The notes beneath the pieces are model-generated. The model saw nothing but the letters and a program-made list of their open reading frames with translations, was not told the DNA's origin and ran no database searches. Both the position numbers and the translations under genes were made by a program. From NCBI GenBank assembly GCA_000165425.1, contig CT868174.1, positions 1-64,000 of the forward strand: a stretch of 64,000 nt of DNA. The letters are read 5' to 3'. Numbering within the stretch: position 1 is the stretch's first letter; the number at the start of each line of letters is the position of its first letter. Origin of the DNA: Paramecium tetraurelia (taxonomy: Eukaryota). Of this stretch, positions 1 to 14,875 are shown in pieces.

Positions 1-1489
1 TATTAATCATAAGCCCTAGCTTAAGATTGAGAAAATCTAAAATCACTAGTCGATAATTGTTTGTAAATATTTGTATTAACATAGTCATCAAGATATTCAA
101 ATTATGTTATCCCATTTAAATTATCTTCATTTCCAAACAGTAAAGGTGTCAATATGTTATCATCATCCAAAATTACACATATTCGACTATTATAATTTAA
201 TTCCAATGGATTAATCATCCCATAAACAGTGAGATTAAATGGATCTTTAATTAGTTCACTATCATGATATTTTGTTAAATAAACTATTAATCTTTTTGGA
301 TTAAGAGAATCCTAATCACAAAATACAGAGGATGTTTCATTTATTACACATTTTATTATATTTGTAGTGTAAGAAGATGGAAATTCTATTAATACTCTAT
401 AAATTCCATAAATAGGAACAATTTTTATCGATATAATACTACTAACCAAAGGATTATTAAATTTCTTAGATATCAATTCTATATTTTTGACAATCTATAA
501 TGAAGCCTATTAAGTCTAGGTATCAGTTGGTAACCTTGGTGGTTGACGAATTTGAAAATATTAGATTATTGTATGATACATATCTTCATATATAACTCTA
601 AATATTTTATTAGTAGTCTATAAGATTGTAATTCGAGTGCAATTGACACTATATTTATATTAAATTTGATCAGGTTTGTATTTGTTTGAATAAAAATAAA
701 GGTTTTAAGAATCATGGGAATAATGGGAAAATGATAATGAAGGCATAAGTGTATCTATTTCAAGTTAAAAGACTTAACAATTTAATTAATCATAACTTAA
801 GAATCCTAATTCAATTCTAATAAGTGTATCTATTTATATATTTTTGGGTCTAAATGCCACACCCATAAATGTTGGTACTCCAATACTAGGTGTATCTAAA
901 TATAGTTCCACCTCACTTATTTGAAATAATGAAGTAGGCATGTCTGTTTCATCAATTAAAAATGTTTTTGTAGATTAGCATTAATCAATCAATTGAGTAT
1001 CATGATAAATTTCCACTGTAAAGGTGCTTGCTGTAATTGTATCTCCTTAATGAGATACGAAAAATTCAAGTAGATATTCAGTTTATTATTTTAAAAGTAC
1101 TGAGTTTTAACTTCTTAATTAAAATGTAAGTTTAGATCCTATTTATTTTAATGCACATTCAGTAGCAAACTTGGCTACCTCAGGTCCTGAAAAATAGCAT
1201 TCTCTATGAAATATAAATCCACTATTTAAATCAAACCCATAGTAAGTATTACATCTAATCTATCATTAGTAGTATCATAACTGAGACTGAAAGTCATTGA
1301 TTATTGCTATCTAACAATATTTTTATTTAATGTAAATCCCCAATCAGAAGTTACGCATAATGTTCCAGATGAAGATGGGATCACTGTTGCTATTGGAAGT
1401 TATTGATGGTGGATTATAAATTTAATTGATGACTGAATATGTAAGAGGAATTTAAGGGCCTTATTCTAATATTAAAGTATTTGAGTATT
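1..1489 (-). CDS. Internal fragment of a large uncharacterised protein (beta-rich, possibly surface/secreted); open at both ends
   Basis: Code-6 frame open from ~1259 to the window start (..GFDLNSGFIFHRECYFSGPEVAKFATECALKQ..FMGVAFRPKNIQIDTLIRIELG..). The frame appears to break near 1250 and 1410, next to the N gap. Confidence 0.6.
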
Positions 1490-1639
1490 NNNNNNNNNNN
1501 NNNNNNNNNNNNNNNNNNNNNNNNNNNNNNNNNNNNNNNNNNNNNNNNNNNNNNNNNNNNNNNNNNNNNNNNNNNNNNNNNNNNNNNNNNNNNNNNNNNN
1601 NNNNNNNNNNNNNNNNNNNNNNNNNNNNNNNNNNNNNNN
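1490..1639. other. Assembly gap (150 N)
   Basis: Run of N of the same fixed length as the other two gaps; true size unknown. Confidence 0.99.
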
Positions 1640-2042
1640 AAATTGTTGTTTTAGGTATAGAACTGGTTCTCTCATCAAAAAGTAAGCTTTCCTTAAACTG
1701 CTTTAGACTTATGGTTTTCTTCAATGGAGTTTCAGTTTTTTATTCGATTTAAGGCAGTGTTTCTTTCTTCTCCTCTTCTTTAGGAATAATTTCTTATGGT
1801 AATTACACATGCTTTTCTTCTTAATGAATAGGTTCTGGTAATCTTTGTGTTTTTTGTCCCCAAAATCGATCAATCATTGATAAATGTGGAATTTATTTAT
1901 CCTTATCAATCAAATCTAGAACTCTGGTGGAATCTTATGTTAATCGAACATAGTATTTATTGTTGATTGGTAATTGATCATCCCTATAACGTGTAGTATT
2001 TGGAATTTTCTAATGAATCAATTTATAGTTTTTCGATGACAT
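1640..2042 (-). CDS. Hypothetical protein, 5' part (3' end lost in gap)
   Basis: ATG at 2042 after AT-rich leader; MSSKNYKLIHQKIPNTTRYRDDQLP..KKTISLKQFKESLLFDERTSSIPKTTI, open to the gap in code 6. Confidence 0.65.
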
Positions 2043-2111
2043 TCTTTATTAATTATATAAATTTTGATGGATTAAATTTCAGAAAAGCGTAGATAGAAAA
2101 TTGAATCGAGA

Positions 2112-2595
2112 ATGAGTGAGCAAGATTTAAAAGAAGCACAATAAATGGATTAGGCAGAAACTTAGGAAAGCCAATACAAACTAATCCAATAAATCAAAGC
2201 CAAATAATCTTAATACAATAAGGGAACTATTTATGTTGCAATTTTGGTTTCAGTAGTCACTGCATTGTTTCAATTATTAGGTAAATCAGTTGAATATGTA
2301 GGATCAAAGCCATAATTAGGATAAATTTGGATCACTGCTTAGATGATTTTGCTTATCATTCATTACTAATAAACCAAGAAATTAGATAAGAGATGTAAAT
2401 TTGCAGATTCATAATGTAGTGAACAATGATGAATTGTCATCAACCTTAAGGTCATTAGTGGGAAGCAATTAATTTATCTTGAATATTCTTAAATATCTTC
2501 AATTGGCCTTGACCTTTTTTAGCTATTTCAAGAATGTTGTAGTTGGCTTGGCAATTTCATAAGTTGTGTTTATATTAATTATTTCGATTGCTTGA
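2112..2595 (+). CDS. Small multi-pass membrane protein
   Basis: MSEQDLKEAQQMDQAETQESQ..; two introns (gtaaatcagttgaatatgtag, gtaaatttgcagattcataatgtag) restore frame; hydrophobic segments YVAILVSVVTALF and VVVGLAISQVVFILIISIA; TGA 2593-2595. Confidence 0.7.
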
Positions 2596-2831
2596 GTATT
2601 AATCAATTACAAAATTCGATTCAAATATAAAATCTATTTGCTTTCAATTATTGAGTGATCTCAAAATACTCATTATTTATTATCTTCTTTTACGCATTGG
2701 AATTCCATATTAGTTTAATTTATAAATGTAAATTAACCTAATTTCATAATTCATAATTGAATCTAAAAAACTTTGAATGTTATGAGATTTTAATAATGGT
2801 TATTGTATATTTTATTATAGATCATATTATT

Positions 2832-3030
2832 TCAATGGAATATGAAACCGTGTTCGTTGCCTTTGAGTGCATGCTATATTTTAGGTTGAACACATGCTTC
2901 AACACATGTCACCAAATCTCTATATGGATACATCTATTTAGAGAATAAATGTTAAATGTACACAATTCTTCTCGGGATCAGCATTTTTCAAGGATAAGAA
3001 TGCCTTTACACATCTGTCGTATTTATCATC
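2832..3030 (-). CDS. QCR6: Cytochrome bc1 complex hinge subunit (QCR6/UQCRH), C-terminal half; 5' end in gap
   Basis: After removing a 28-nt intron (2934-2961): DDKYDRCVKAFLSLKNADPEKNCMYPYRDLVTCVEACVQPKIQHALKGNEHGFIFH*. The Cys-spaced helical hairpin resembles UCR_hinge proteins. Confidence 0.65.
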
Positions 3031-3180
3031 NNNNNNNNNNNNNNNNNNNNNNNNNNNNNNNNNNNNNNNNNNNNNNNNNNNNNNNNNNNNNNNNNNNNNN
3101 NNNNNNNNNNNNNNNNNNNNNNNNNNNNNNNNNNNNNNNNNNNNNNNNNNNNNNNNNNNNNNNNNNNNNNNNNNNNNNNN
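3031..3180. other. Assembly gap (150 N)
   Basis: Run of N. Confidence 0.99.
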
Positions 3181-4235
3181 TATATCATATCTCTTATCAT
3201 CTGGATTGATATTGCATTCTTTATTTAGTTTAAGTAATTCCAAATGTCCTTTACCGGGAAATACTCCTTCTCCAAATAAAAGCAAATGAAAAATTGCTCC
3301 ACAACTAAAGATATCGCAGATTCTACTATATTCTTTATCTTTTTCAACTAAATTGGCAACTTTACTCTAATTAAAACATAGAAATTACTTTCTGGAGCAA
3401 CAAATCCTGGAGTACCACATTTAGGATAAAGATAAGGAGTATCAGTTTATATTGCGGCAAGTCCGAAATCGCCTATCTTTAAGGTTGTAAAATCTTATGG
3501 TTTCTAAAATAGAATGTTTTCAGGTTTTAAATCTCTATGCATGACTCCTTTGCTATGAATATAGTCAACAGCTAATAAAAGGTGATGCATAATCTGAAAT
3601 AATTGATAGTAATTACAATTTTAATTTCTGAATCTTCTAGAATTAAATTGCGTTTTGTTAATTCTGCTTACAAATTTTCCCCAGAACATAAATCCAACAC
3701 TAAATTAATACTATTTACACCATCATAAACTTCATGCAAATTAACTATTTAAGCGTGTGGACTTAAAATTCTCATAATTTCTATCTCATTCATCACTGCT
3801 TTTAACCCTTTATCAATTTTATCAAGTTTTTTTTTCTCTATACACTTTCCCGCATATTGCTATCCAGTGAAAATGTTTTTCAATTGAAATACTACAGCAT
3901 AACTACCCTCTCCCAATACCTGCTAAGTTTCATATTCATCTTCAAGAGAACTTTGTTAAACAAATTTCTGTAATATTTTTTTTAAGGCTATTAACATTTC
4001 AAAATCCGCATAATATTTCAATAATTCCTTATTATTATTAGTCTCTAAAGTAAAGCTTTTAAGAAAGGTTTTGAATGTTTTTGGATTAATTGAATAGTTC
4101 CACTTTACTCTAATTATATTTTCAAAGCTAATCACTCTTGCAGGATCACCTTTATTTTAGTTTCTATTTATTATCAAGCGATCCTCAAACACATATATAA
4201 ATCTATTCTCTTTTCCTATTAATTATTTTTTTCTT
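3181..4235 (-). repeat. Near-identical copy of 5902-6955 (internal part of the CAMK-type kinase gene), bounded by N gaps
   Basis: By eye the sequence matches 5902-6955 except one extra T in a poly-T at the gap edge. Confidence 0.95.
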
Positions 4236-4385
4236 NNNNNNNNNNNNNNNNNNNNNNNNNNNNNNNNNNNNNNNNNNNNNNNNNNNNNNNNNNNNNNNNN
4301 NNNNNNNNNNNNNNNNNNNNNNNNNNNNNNNNNNNNNNNNNNNNNNNNNNNNNNNNNNNNNNNNNNNNNNNNNNNNNNNNNNNNN
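4236..4385. other. Assembly gap (150 N)
   Basis: Run of N. Confidence 0.99.
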
Positions 4386-5516
4386 TTAAGTTGAACTCAA
4401 AAACTTCGTTCTATTGCTATTATGATTATGACTTTAGGATTCAAAATGAGATTGACTTGTTTATTTAAATTATTGAATCCCTGTTTTCTAAACTTGATAT
4501 TCATGTTGTTAATTCAGCGGAAGTTAATTTTTAGATTAATACAGTCTTTCCATATATTTTTATTGTTCTTAATGGCTGGGTTTTTCAATGCAAGGAAAGA
4601 AGTTTTCGCTACCTCCATAAGATTTTTCTCTACTATTAAATTTAAAATTACTTATTGATTTTAATTTTAAGAATTGCAGGTATTTGAGCATAAGGACTTT
4701 CTAATTATTTCTTTGTTAATTTTGGTACACTATATGATTTGATAGAGGAGGAGATAGTAGTCAATGAATTGTTATAAAATTTTATACTAAGGCTTTAAGC
4801 TTAACTTAAGTCTTATTTTAAATTTTAAGCAATTGATTACGAGTTGTGTAATTTGCTAACTTGTTTATAAGTCAAAATTACCTCAACAATTATTATTCTT
4901 CATCATATAGTTTTTGATAATATTTTTATTATTAATCTAGCTTTTAAGACAATTAAGCTTTATATTATAATTATTCTCCTCTTATTTTTTCAATTTTTTC
5001 ATTTTTCTTATATTCTAGATCCTATTTCATTTAAAATTCCCATTCTGAAATCTAAAATAAACTCTTCTACAAAAGTTACCTTGTTAAATTACTATTGCTT
5101 ATTATATAACTCCTGATCTTTTAATTTTTTGAGTTGATATTAAAGAATCTGTGAGTTTTGTTTTTATGTAAGAGTTCTCATTAGTTTATCGTCTGATAAT
5201 TATTATTTTAATTTCATTGTTTCATCCACTTATTATTGCTTCATTAAACGAATACGATTATAATTCGCATCTTTGTGGCTTTGAGAATATTCAAGTTATT
5301 TTAATAACTACAATTACAAATAATATTTACATCTCTCTGATCTTAATATGTGCTTTCCTTAGTTTCCAATATTTTGTTAACTTTCTATTATATTATATGA
5401 TTATTCGATTCTTGTAATTTTAACTATTATTTTAACTAAACCAGTCTATTTTCTAATTAAGAAAGCTCTTGATTCTTCTATTACAATCCCTTAATTTATT
5501 GAGCTAAAGATTCCAT
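4386..5516 (-). CDS. Coiled-coil hypothetical protein (3' end in gap)
   Basis: ATG 5516, MESLAQQIKGLQQKNQELSQLENRLVQLKQQLKLQES.. heptad-like Q/K/E-rich; short intron gtaaatattatttgtaattgtag. Confidence 0.7.
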
Positions 5517-5605
5517 GATTTAAGGCCAAATTCACTTATAATAAATTGAATATAATAAATAATTATCTAAACGAGATGATTTACAAATGAACAGTATAAT
5601 GTTTA

Positions 5606-7006
5606 TCATATAATTTTCATAGGAGTGTTTCTTTCATTACTCATTTATAAAAATGAAAATCTTTTTTCTAATCCAATTTTTGTTGGAGAGTGGATTTAAT
5701 CCTACATAACTAAAGTATTATCGTCTTCGAATTTTATCACATTCATGCTGAATATTCCAACAGCATTTAATTTCTAATTAGTAAAATATGGATGATTTAG
5801 TAAGTCTTTGGCAAAAGGACGATGATCAGGATTAGTCTTAAGCATTTTAAATCTTATAATTTTATTTATTCTTACAATAGATCTTTTTGCTCAATTGTTA
5901 ATATATCATATCTCTTATCATCTGGATTGATATTGCATTCTTTATTTAGTTTAAGTAATTCCAAATGTCCTTTACCGGGAAATACTCCTTCTCCAAATAA
6001 AAGCAAATGAAAAATTGCTCCACAACTAAAGATATCGCAGATTCTACTATATTCTTTATCTTTTTCAACTAAATTGGCAACTTTACTCTAATTAAAACAT
6101 AGAAATTACTTTCTGGAGCAACAAATCCTGGAGTACCACATTTAGGATAAAGATAAGGAGTATCAGTTTATATTGCGGCAAGTCCGAAATCGCCTATCTT
6201 TAAGGTTGTAAAATCTTATGGTTTCTAAAATAGAATGTTTTCAGGTTTTAAATCTCTATGCATGACTCCTTTGCTATGAATATAGTCAACAGCTAATAAA
6301 AGGTGATGCATAATCTGAAATAATTGATAGTAATTACAATTTTAATTTCTGAATCTTCTAGAATTAAATTGCGTTTTGTTAATTCTGCTTACAAATTTTC
6401 CCCAGAACATAAATCCAACACTAAATTAATACTATTTACACCATCATAAACTTCATGCAAATTAACTATTTAAGCGTGTGGACTTAAAATTCTCATAATT
6501 TCTATCTCATTCATCACTGCTTTTAACCCTTTATCAATTTTATCAAGTTTTTTTTTCTCTATACACTTTCCCGCATATTGCTATCCAGTGAAAATGTTTT
6601 TCAATTGAAATACTACAGCATAACTACCCTCTCCCAATACCTGCTAAGTTTCATATTCATCTTCAAGAGAACTTTGTTAAACAAATTTCTGTAATATTTT
6701 TTTTAAGGCTATTAACATTTCAAAATCCGCATAATATTTCAATAATTCCTTATTATTATTAGTCTCTAAAGTAAAGCTTTTAAGAAAGGTTTTGAATGTT
6801 TTTGGATTAATTGAATAGTTCCACTTTACTCTAATTATATTTTCAAAGCTAATCACTCTTGCAGGATCACCTTTATTTTAGTTTCTATTTATTATCAAGC
6901 GATCCTCAAACACATATATAAATCTATTCTCTTTTCCTATTAATTATTTTTTCTTTGTTTTGCACTAAAAGAGACATTATTCATAGTCTATGCTCTGTTA
7001 TTTCAT
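5606..7006 (-). CDS. Ser/Thr protein kinase (CAMK group) with N-terminal PH-like region
   Basis: [39 protein letters not shown]..; [49 protein letters not shown] 5606-5608. Confidence 0.9.
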
Positions 7007-7194
7007 ATTATAATTATCAAAGTTTGGAAGATGATGAATTATAAATTTAATTATAAAATTATCAATTACTTATAGAAAATATACCTCAAAAGTATTAAAT
7101 TGTATGTTGTGATGTATTTAAGGTTTCATATCTATTTAAGAACTTTTGAATTATCATAAATTAGATTGATATAATTAAATGTGATTATAATTTT

Positions 7195-9849
7195 ATGATA
7201 AAATTTCGATTTTGTACATTTGCTTAAATCAATAACATAACATCACTTAAAAGTAGAATAGGAGGTAGTTCAAAAACACCAGAGTATGATTTATATCGGT
7301 CTTATTACAATAAGACAATCGAAGATGTAAAAGAATAACCAGGTGTAACTATAGTCAGAAATATAAATGATGCAAAAAGAGTCATTGATATATTAAATAA
7401 ATATAAAAAACAGCCTCATGCATGGGATACAGAAACTATAGATATAGATGTTAAGAGCGAGACTCCAATTAATAGAGGGAGATTAATTTGTGCAAGTGCA
7501 TTTGCAGGTCCTGAAGTTAATTTTGGGAATGGTCCTAGGTTGTTTATCGATAATTTTGCTTAGAATAGTGATTTAATAATGCTGTTTAAAGAATATTTTG
7601 AGGATGAAAAGATATTAAAAATATGGCATAATTATGGTTTTGATAAACACATATTTGGCAATAATGGAATTAATGTTAGAGGCTTTTTTGGAGATACTAT
7701 GCATATGGCCAGACTATTAGATCCATCTAAATAGCCTTAAGAATATAGTTTAGCTAAATTATCATTAGCTTACGAAGAAGAAATAAAATTAGTTAAAACC
7801 AAAAGAATGGAATGTTTATTGGCAAAACCAAACTTAACAGATGAAGAAAGAAGTAGCCTTTAATTATTTGGAGAACATCTACTTGATATCAATCTTAAAA
7901 CTAGTATGAAATAGATCTTTGGACAAAATAAAGAACTAAAAAATGGCTAAGTTAGTAAATTAAAAGTATATCCTAAGATATTATAAATGCATTGTCTCCC
8001 TCAATATATTAATTAATGGGTTGAATATTCTACTTTAGATTCAGAAATAACATATTTCTTATGTCTCACTTTAAAAGACTTATTAAACAAAACAAAAATA
8101 TTTTATAATTTAAAACCCACAGATTCTGATTATCAGACAAAATAAAATGAATTTGGAATTAATAGTTTAGGTGATATCTATAGTAAATATTGGAATTCTT
8201 TGGGAGAAATATTAACAGAGTTAGAGAGGGAAGGTATGCAGGTTGATATGGATCACGTAAAAAACATTAAGGTAAAAGCTGAAGAAGATATGAAATAATA
8301 TGAATAAAACTTTATTAAATGGGTATAAACTACCTAAGAAGGAGATGTGTCGTAATTCAATTGTAGTAGTACTTAATAATTATAATAATTATTCTTTGCT
8401 CCATGCAAAAAATAATAAGTGAAAAAGACACCTTAAACAATGAAAGAAGAAGAAGAAGAGGATGAATATCTTTCAGATGGAAGAAAAAAATCTGTAAGGA
8501 AAGAAGTCGAAGATCTACCTGAAGTAAAAGGATTTTAAATTGATAACATACATTAAATTGTTAAAGAGAATTAGAGAACTCCTCTAAAATATACTGAAAT
8601 GCTTATTAAGGGTTTAGGAATAGAACCTTTAAGTTATACTCCTAGTGGAATGCCGTAAGCTGATTATAATGCCTTAAAGTAGTTAGCAGGAGATGTAGAG
8701 AAATAACAATACGGATTGATATATCATCACTTTGCTGGTAAAGGGGAACCTTAAAAAGGTATTGATGCATGCATTGCAATAAATGATTTATTAGAATTAA
8801 AAAGTATAGAAGTATTATTACATACTTTTATTATCCCATTAATCGAATTAACTGATCCATCAGGTCGTATTCATACCAGTATTAATATAAATACAGAAAC
8901 TGGAAGATTAAGTTCTAGAAATCCAAATCTATTGAATTAACCTGCATTAGAGAAGGATAGATATAAAATAAGAAAATCCTTTATAGCTAAAAAGGGAAAT
9001 AAACTAATAGTGGCTGATTATGGTTAATTGGAATTGAGAGTCTTAGCTCATATGACTAAATGTAAAGCTATGATTGACGCTTTTCTAAAAGGAGGAGATT
9101 TTCATTCTAGAACTGTCATTGTATGAAATTATTATTAATCTTTTTAAGACGATGTTTCCTCATATCTAGGAAGAAATAGATAAAGGAGAATTATTAATTG
9201 AATGGGACAAATCTAAAGGAAAAGCACCAGCTCCATTAGTAAAAGACAAATATGCAGCTGAAAGAAGAAAGGCTAAAGTTTTGAATTTTTCAATAGCCTA
9301 TGGTAAAACTGCAACTGGATTTGCAAAGGATTGGTAATGTGAAGTGAAGGAAGCATAAAAAACTATAGATGCTTGGTTTGCATAAAGAAAAGAAGTGGTA
9401 TTATATTTGTGTAATTTAGGAATAATGGCAATATAATGTGAGAATGATTGCAAAAAACTAATTTTTCACTTAAACTTTACTAGGAAGATATAGATACTTG
9501 GAAAAATACTTTTAATAATAAACTAGATCTTATATTAATCATGGATTAAGAGCAGCAATAAATACTCCTATTTAGGGAGGAGCTGCAGATATAGTAATCG
9601 CCGCTATGGTCAAAATATATAAAAATTAATCATTGAAAGATTTAGGATACAAATTACTTTTGCAAGTTCATGATGAATTAATTCTAGTAATTAAATAATT
9701 TAAAATATTTATAGGAAGGACCAGAAGAGAATGCTTAGGAGGCTTTGAAGATTGTAAAGGAATTAATGGAAAATCCTTTTGAAATTTAGCTAGAATTACC
9801 ATTAGAAGTTGATGCTAAAATAGGAAATAATTGGTATGAATGCAAATGA
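7195..9849 (+). CDS. Family A organellar DNA polymerase (POP, plant-and-protist type) with 3'-5' exonuclease; likely mitochondrial replicase
   Basis: HAWDTETIDIDVKSETPINRGRLICASAFAGPEVNFGNG (POP ExoI), WHNYGFDKH, GDTMHMARLLD, TETGRLSSRNPNLLNQP, motif A ADYGQLELRVLAH, motif B ERRKAKVLNFSIAYG, motif C LLQVHDEL; three tiny introns; basic N-terminus. Confidence 0.93.
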
Positions 9850-9985
9850 AATTTATTGTGTATTTTAAATCAACATTTTTTGTTTAACCTAGAGTCCAAC
9901 TTTGTATTATGACTAATACAATAAAAATTATTGATATCTAATTAATGATTATATATTATGTAATAATAAATTTTCAGAAGAATAA

Positions 9986-12073
<2,088 letters not shown>

Positions 12074-12084
12074 TTATCTATAAT

Positions 12085-13000
12085 TCACAAATTCTAAATT
12101 TTTTAAGTTATCTGATTGATTTATTTATCATAATTTTTTTGTTTTTAGTCATTCATTCTCTTTTAAATATCCACAAGAGTAATGTTCATATATTCTTATT
12201 TTGCAGTAGCAATAACTTCATTAATTTTTTCAAAACCTTATCCAGTTAATGATGAAACTTCCAATACTGTAAAGTTATTATAAAATTCTTCTAAAGTCAA
12301 AACCATTTATTTGCTCAAAGTAGATAAATAAGTATCCTTATTCTTTAAAGCTTCTGTAAAGGAATCATAATTTCTCAACCATTCTAATGGTTATTTTGAA
12401 TCAGCCACATCACACTTATTAAAGACTATAACCATAGGCAATTTAAATTTGTAGAATATACTACAACTAAATAATAAATTGCTCATAAAACTATTAGGGT
12501 TTTAACATCTTGCAATATCAATAACATAAAATATTATTGTAGGCATAGACATAGATAATGTTTAAGATATTAAATTGCCAGATGCTGACCAAGTGAAAAC
12601 TTCAATTTGTCCTGGAGTATCAATAATTTATATATTGGAGTCTGATTTTTCTATTTTTTCAATTAATTAGTTTAATTAAAGTGAGTAAAGATTGAGGGCT
12701 GTCATGATTGCTCCATTAGGACCAAGCTTATTTCTAGAATTTATGATGAAGGATACTTACTTAGTCATTAATTCTTTATAATTAATTGATTTACGAATAT
12801 CTTCCTCAGGTTCATAAGGTAATGAATAAACTGCAGGATCAAGATTAATTAAAGTATGTTTTTCATTTTTTAATTGTTTGCTTAATTGCTAATAATATGG
12901 ATTGATTCCTAACCTAAACGAAAGTTGTTTTTCCAGTGCCTGCCATTCCAATGATAAGTATCGCTACCTTATTTTCCTTTATTTAAAATTCAATGTCCAT
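12085..13000 (-). CDS. GPN1: GPN-loop GTPase 1 (XAB1/Npa3)
   Basis: IIGMAGTGKTTFV, INLDPAV, LGPNGAIMTALNLY, DTPGQIEVFTWSASG, FMSNLLFSCSIFYK, VFNKCD. Confidence 0.93.
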
Positions 13001-13007
13001 TAATTAA

Positions 13008-13723
13008 ATGAATAATAAACTAGAAAAATTAGTGCAAAATTTGTTTAAAAAAGGTGTTATTAAATCTGAAATTGTTAAAAAAGTTTTATTATCTGTGGAT
13101 CGTTAATAATTTGTTGATGAGTCTGATAAGATTTATGCTTATGAAGATTACCCATTATAAATAGGCTATAATGCAACAATATCTGCTCCTCATATGCATG
13201 CTTATTCTTTAGTATTGTATTAAGTAATTAGGAATTACTTAAAGATCATTTATAAAATGGAGTAAGAGCTCTTGATATTGGATCTGGAAGTGGATATTTA
13301 TGTGCTGCAATGTTTTTAATGATGAAATCATAATAATCAAAAGTAATTGGGGTAGAACATGTTCCAGAATTGGTTGAAAAGTCAATCAAAAATTTAAGCT
13401 AGTAATTTAAAATAATAATAGATAGGGCTTATAATCAATAGTTAAAAGATAAGCAAATATAAATTATAAGAGGAGATGGACGATTAGGGTTTGAGTAAGA
13501 AGGCCCCTATTAAGCTATTCATGTAGGGGCTGCAGCTGAAACAATACCACAGTAACTATTAGAATAATTGGATAAAGGCGGTCGTATGGTAATTCCTGTT
13601 GGTAAGGGAAACCAAGTGTTTTAAGTAATTGATAAGGATCAAAATGGGAAAATTAATATTTAAAATGTTCTAGGAGTGAGATATGTTCCTTTGACTGATT
13701 TAAATAAGCAACTAAATAAATGA
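13008..13723 (+). CDS. PCMT1: Protein-L-isoaspartate O-methyltransferase
   Basis: AYEDYPLQIGYNATISAPHMHA, ALDIGSGSGYL, GDGRLG, AIHVGAAA, QLDKGGRMVIPVG, VRYVPLTD; one intron; TGA 13721-13723. Confidence 0.95.
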
Positions 13724-13830
13724 TAGATTGATGTATTTTATCAAATATCAAATATTTAAAGAATTCTAAATTCTATTCAAACTACAAATATTACAAACCT
13801 AAATTAAAACTTATTATATAAATAATTATT

Positions 13831-14847
<1,017 letters not shown>

Positions 14848-14875
14848 CATATTTTACAAAATATATTAAGTTTCA

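Noticed and set aside
1461..3285. ORF-track entries that run through N gaps
   Set aside because: They exist only because N codons contain no stops; they join unrelated contig ends.
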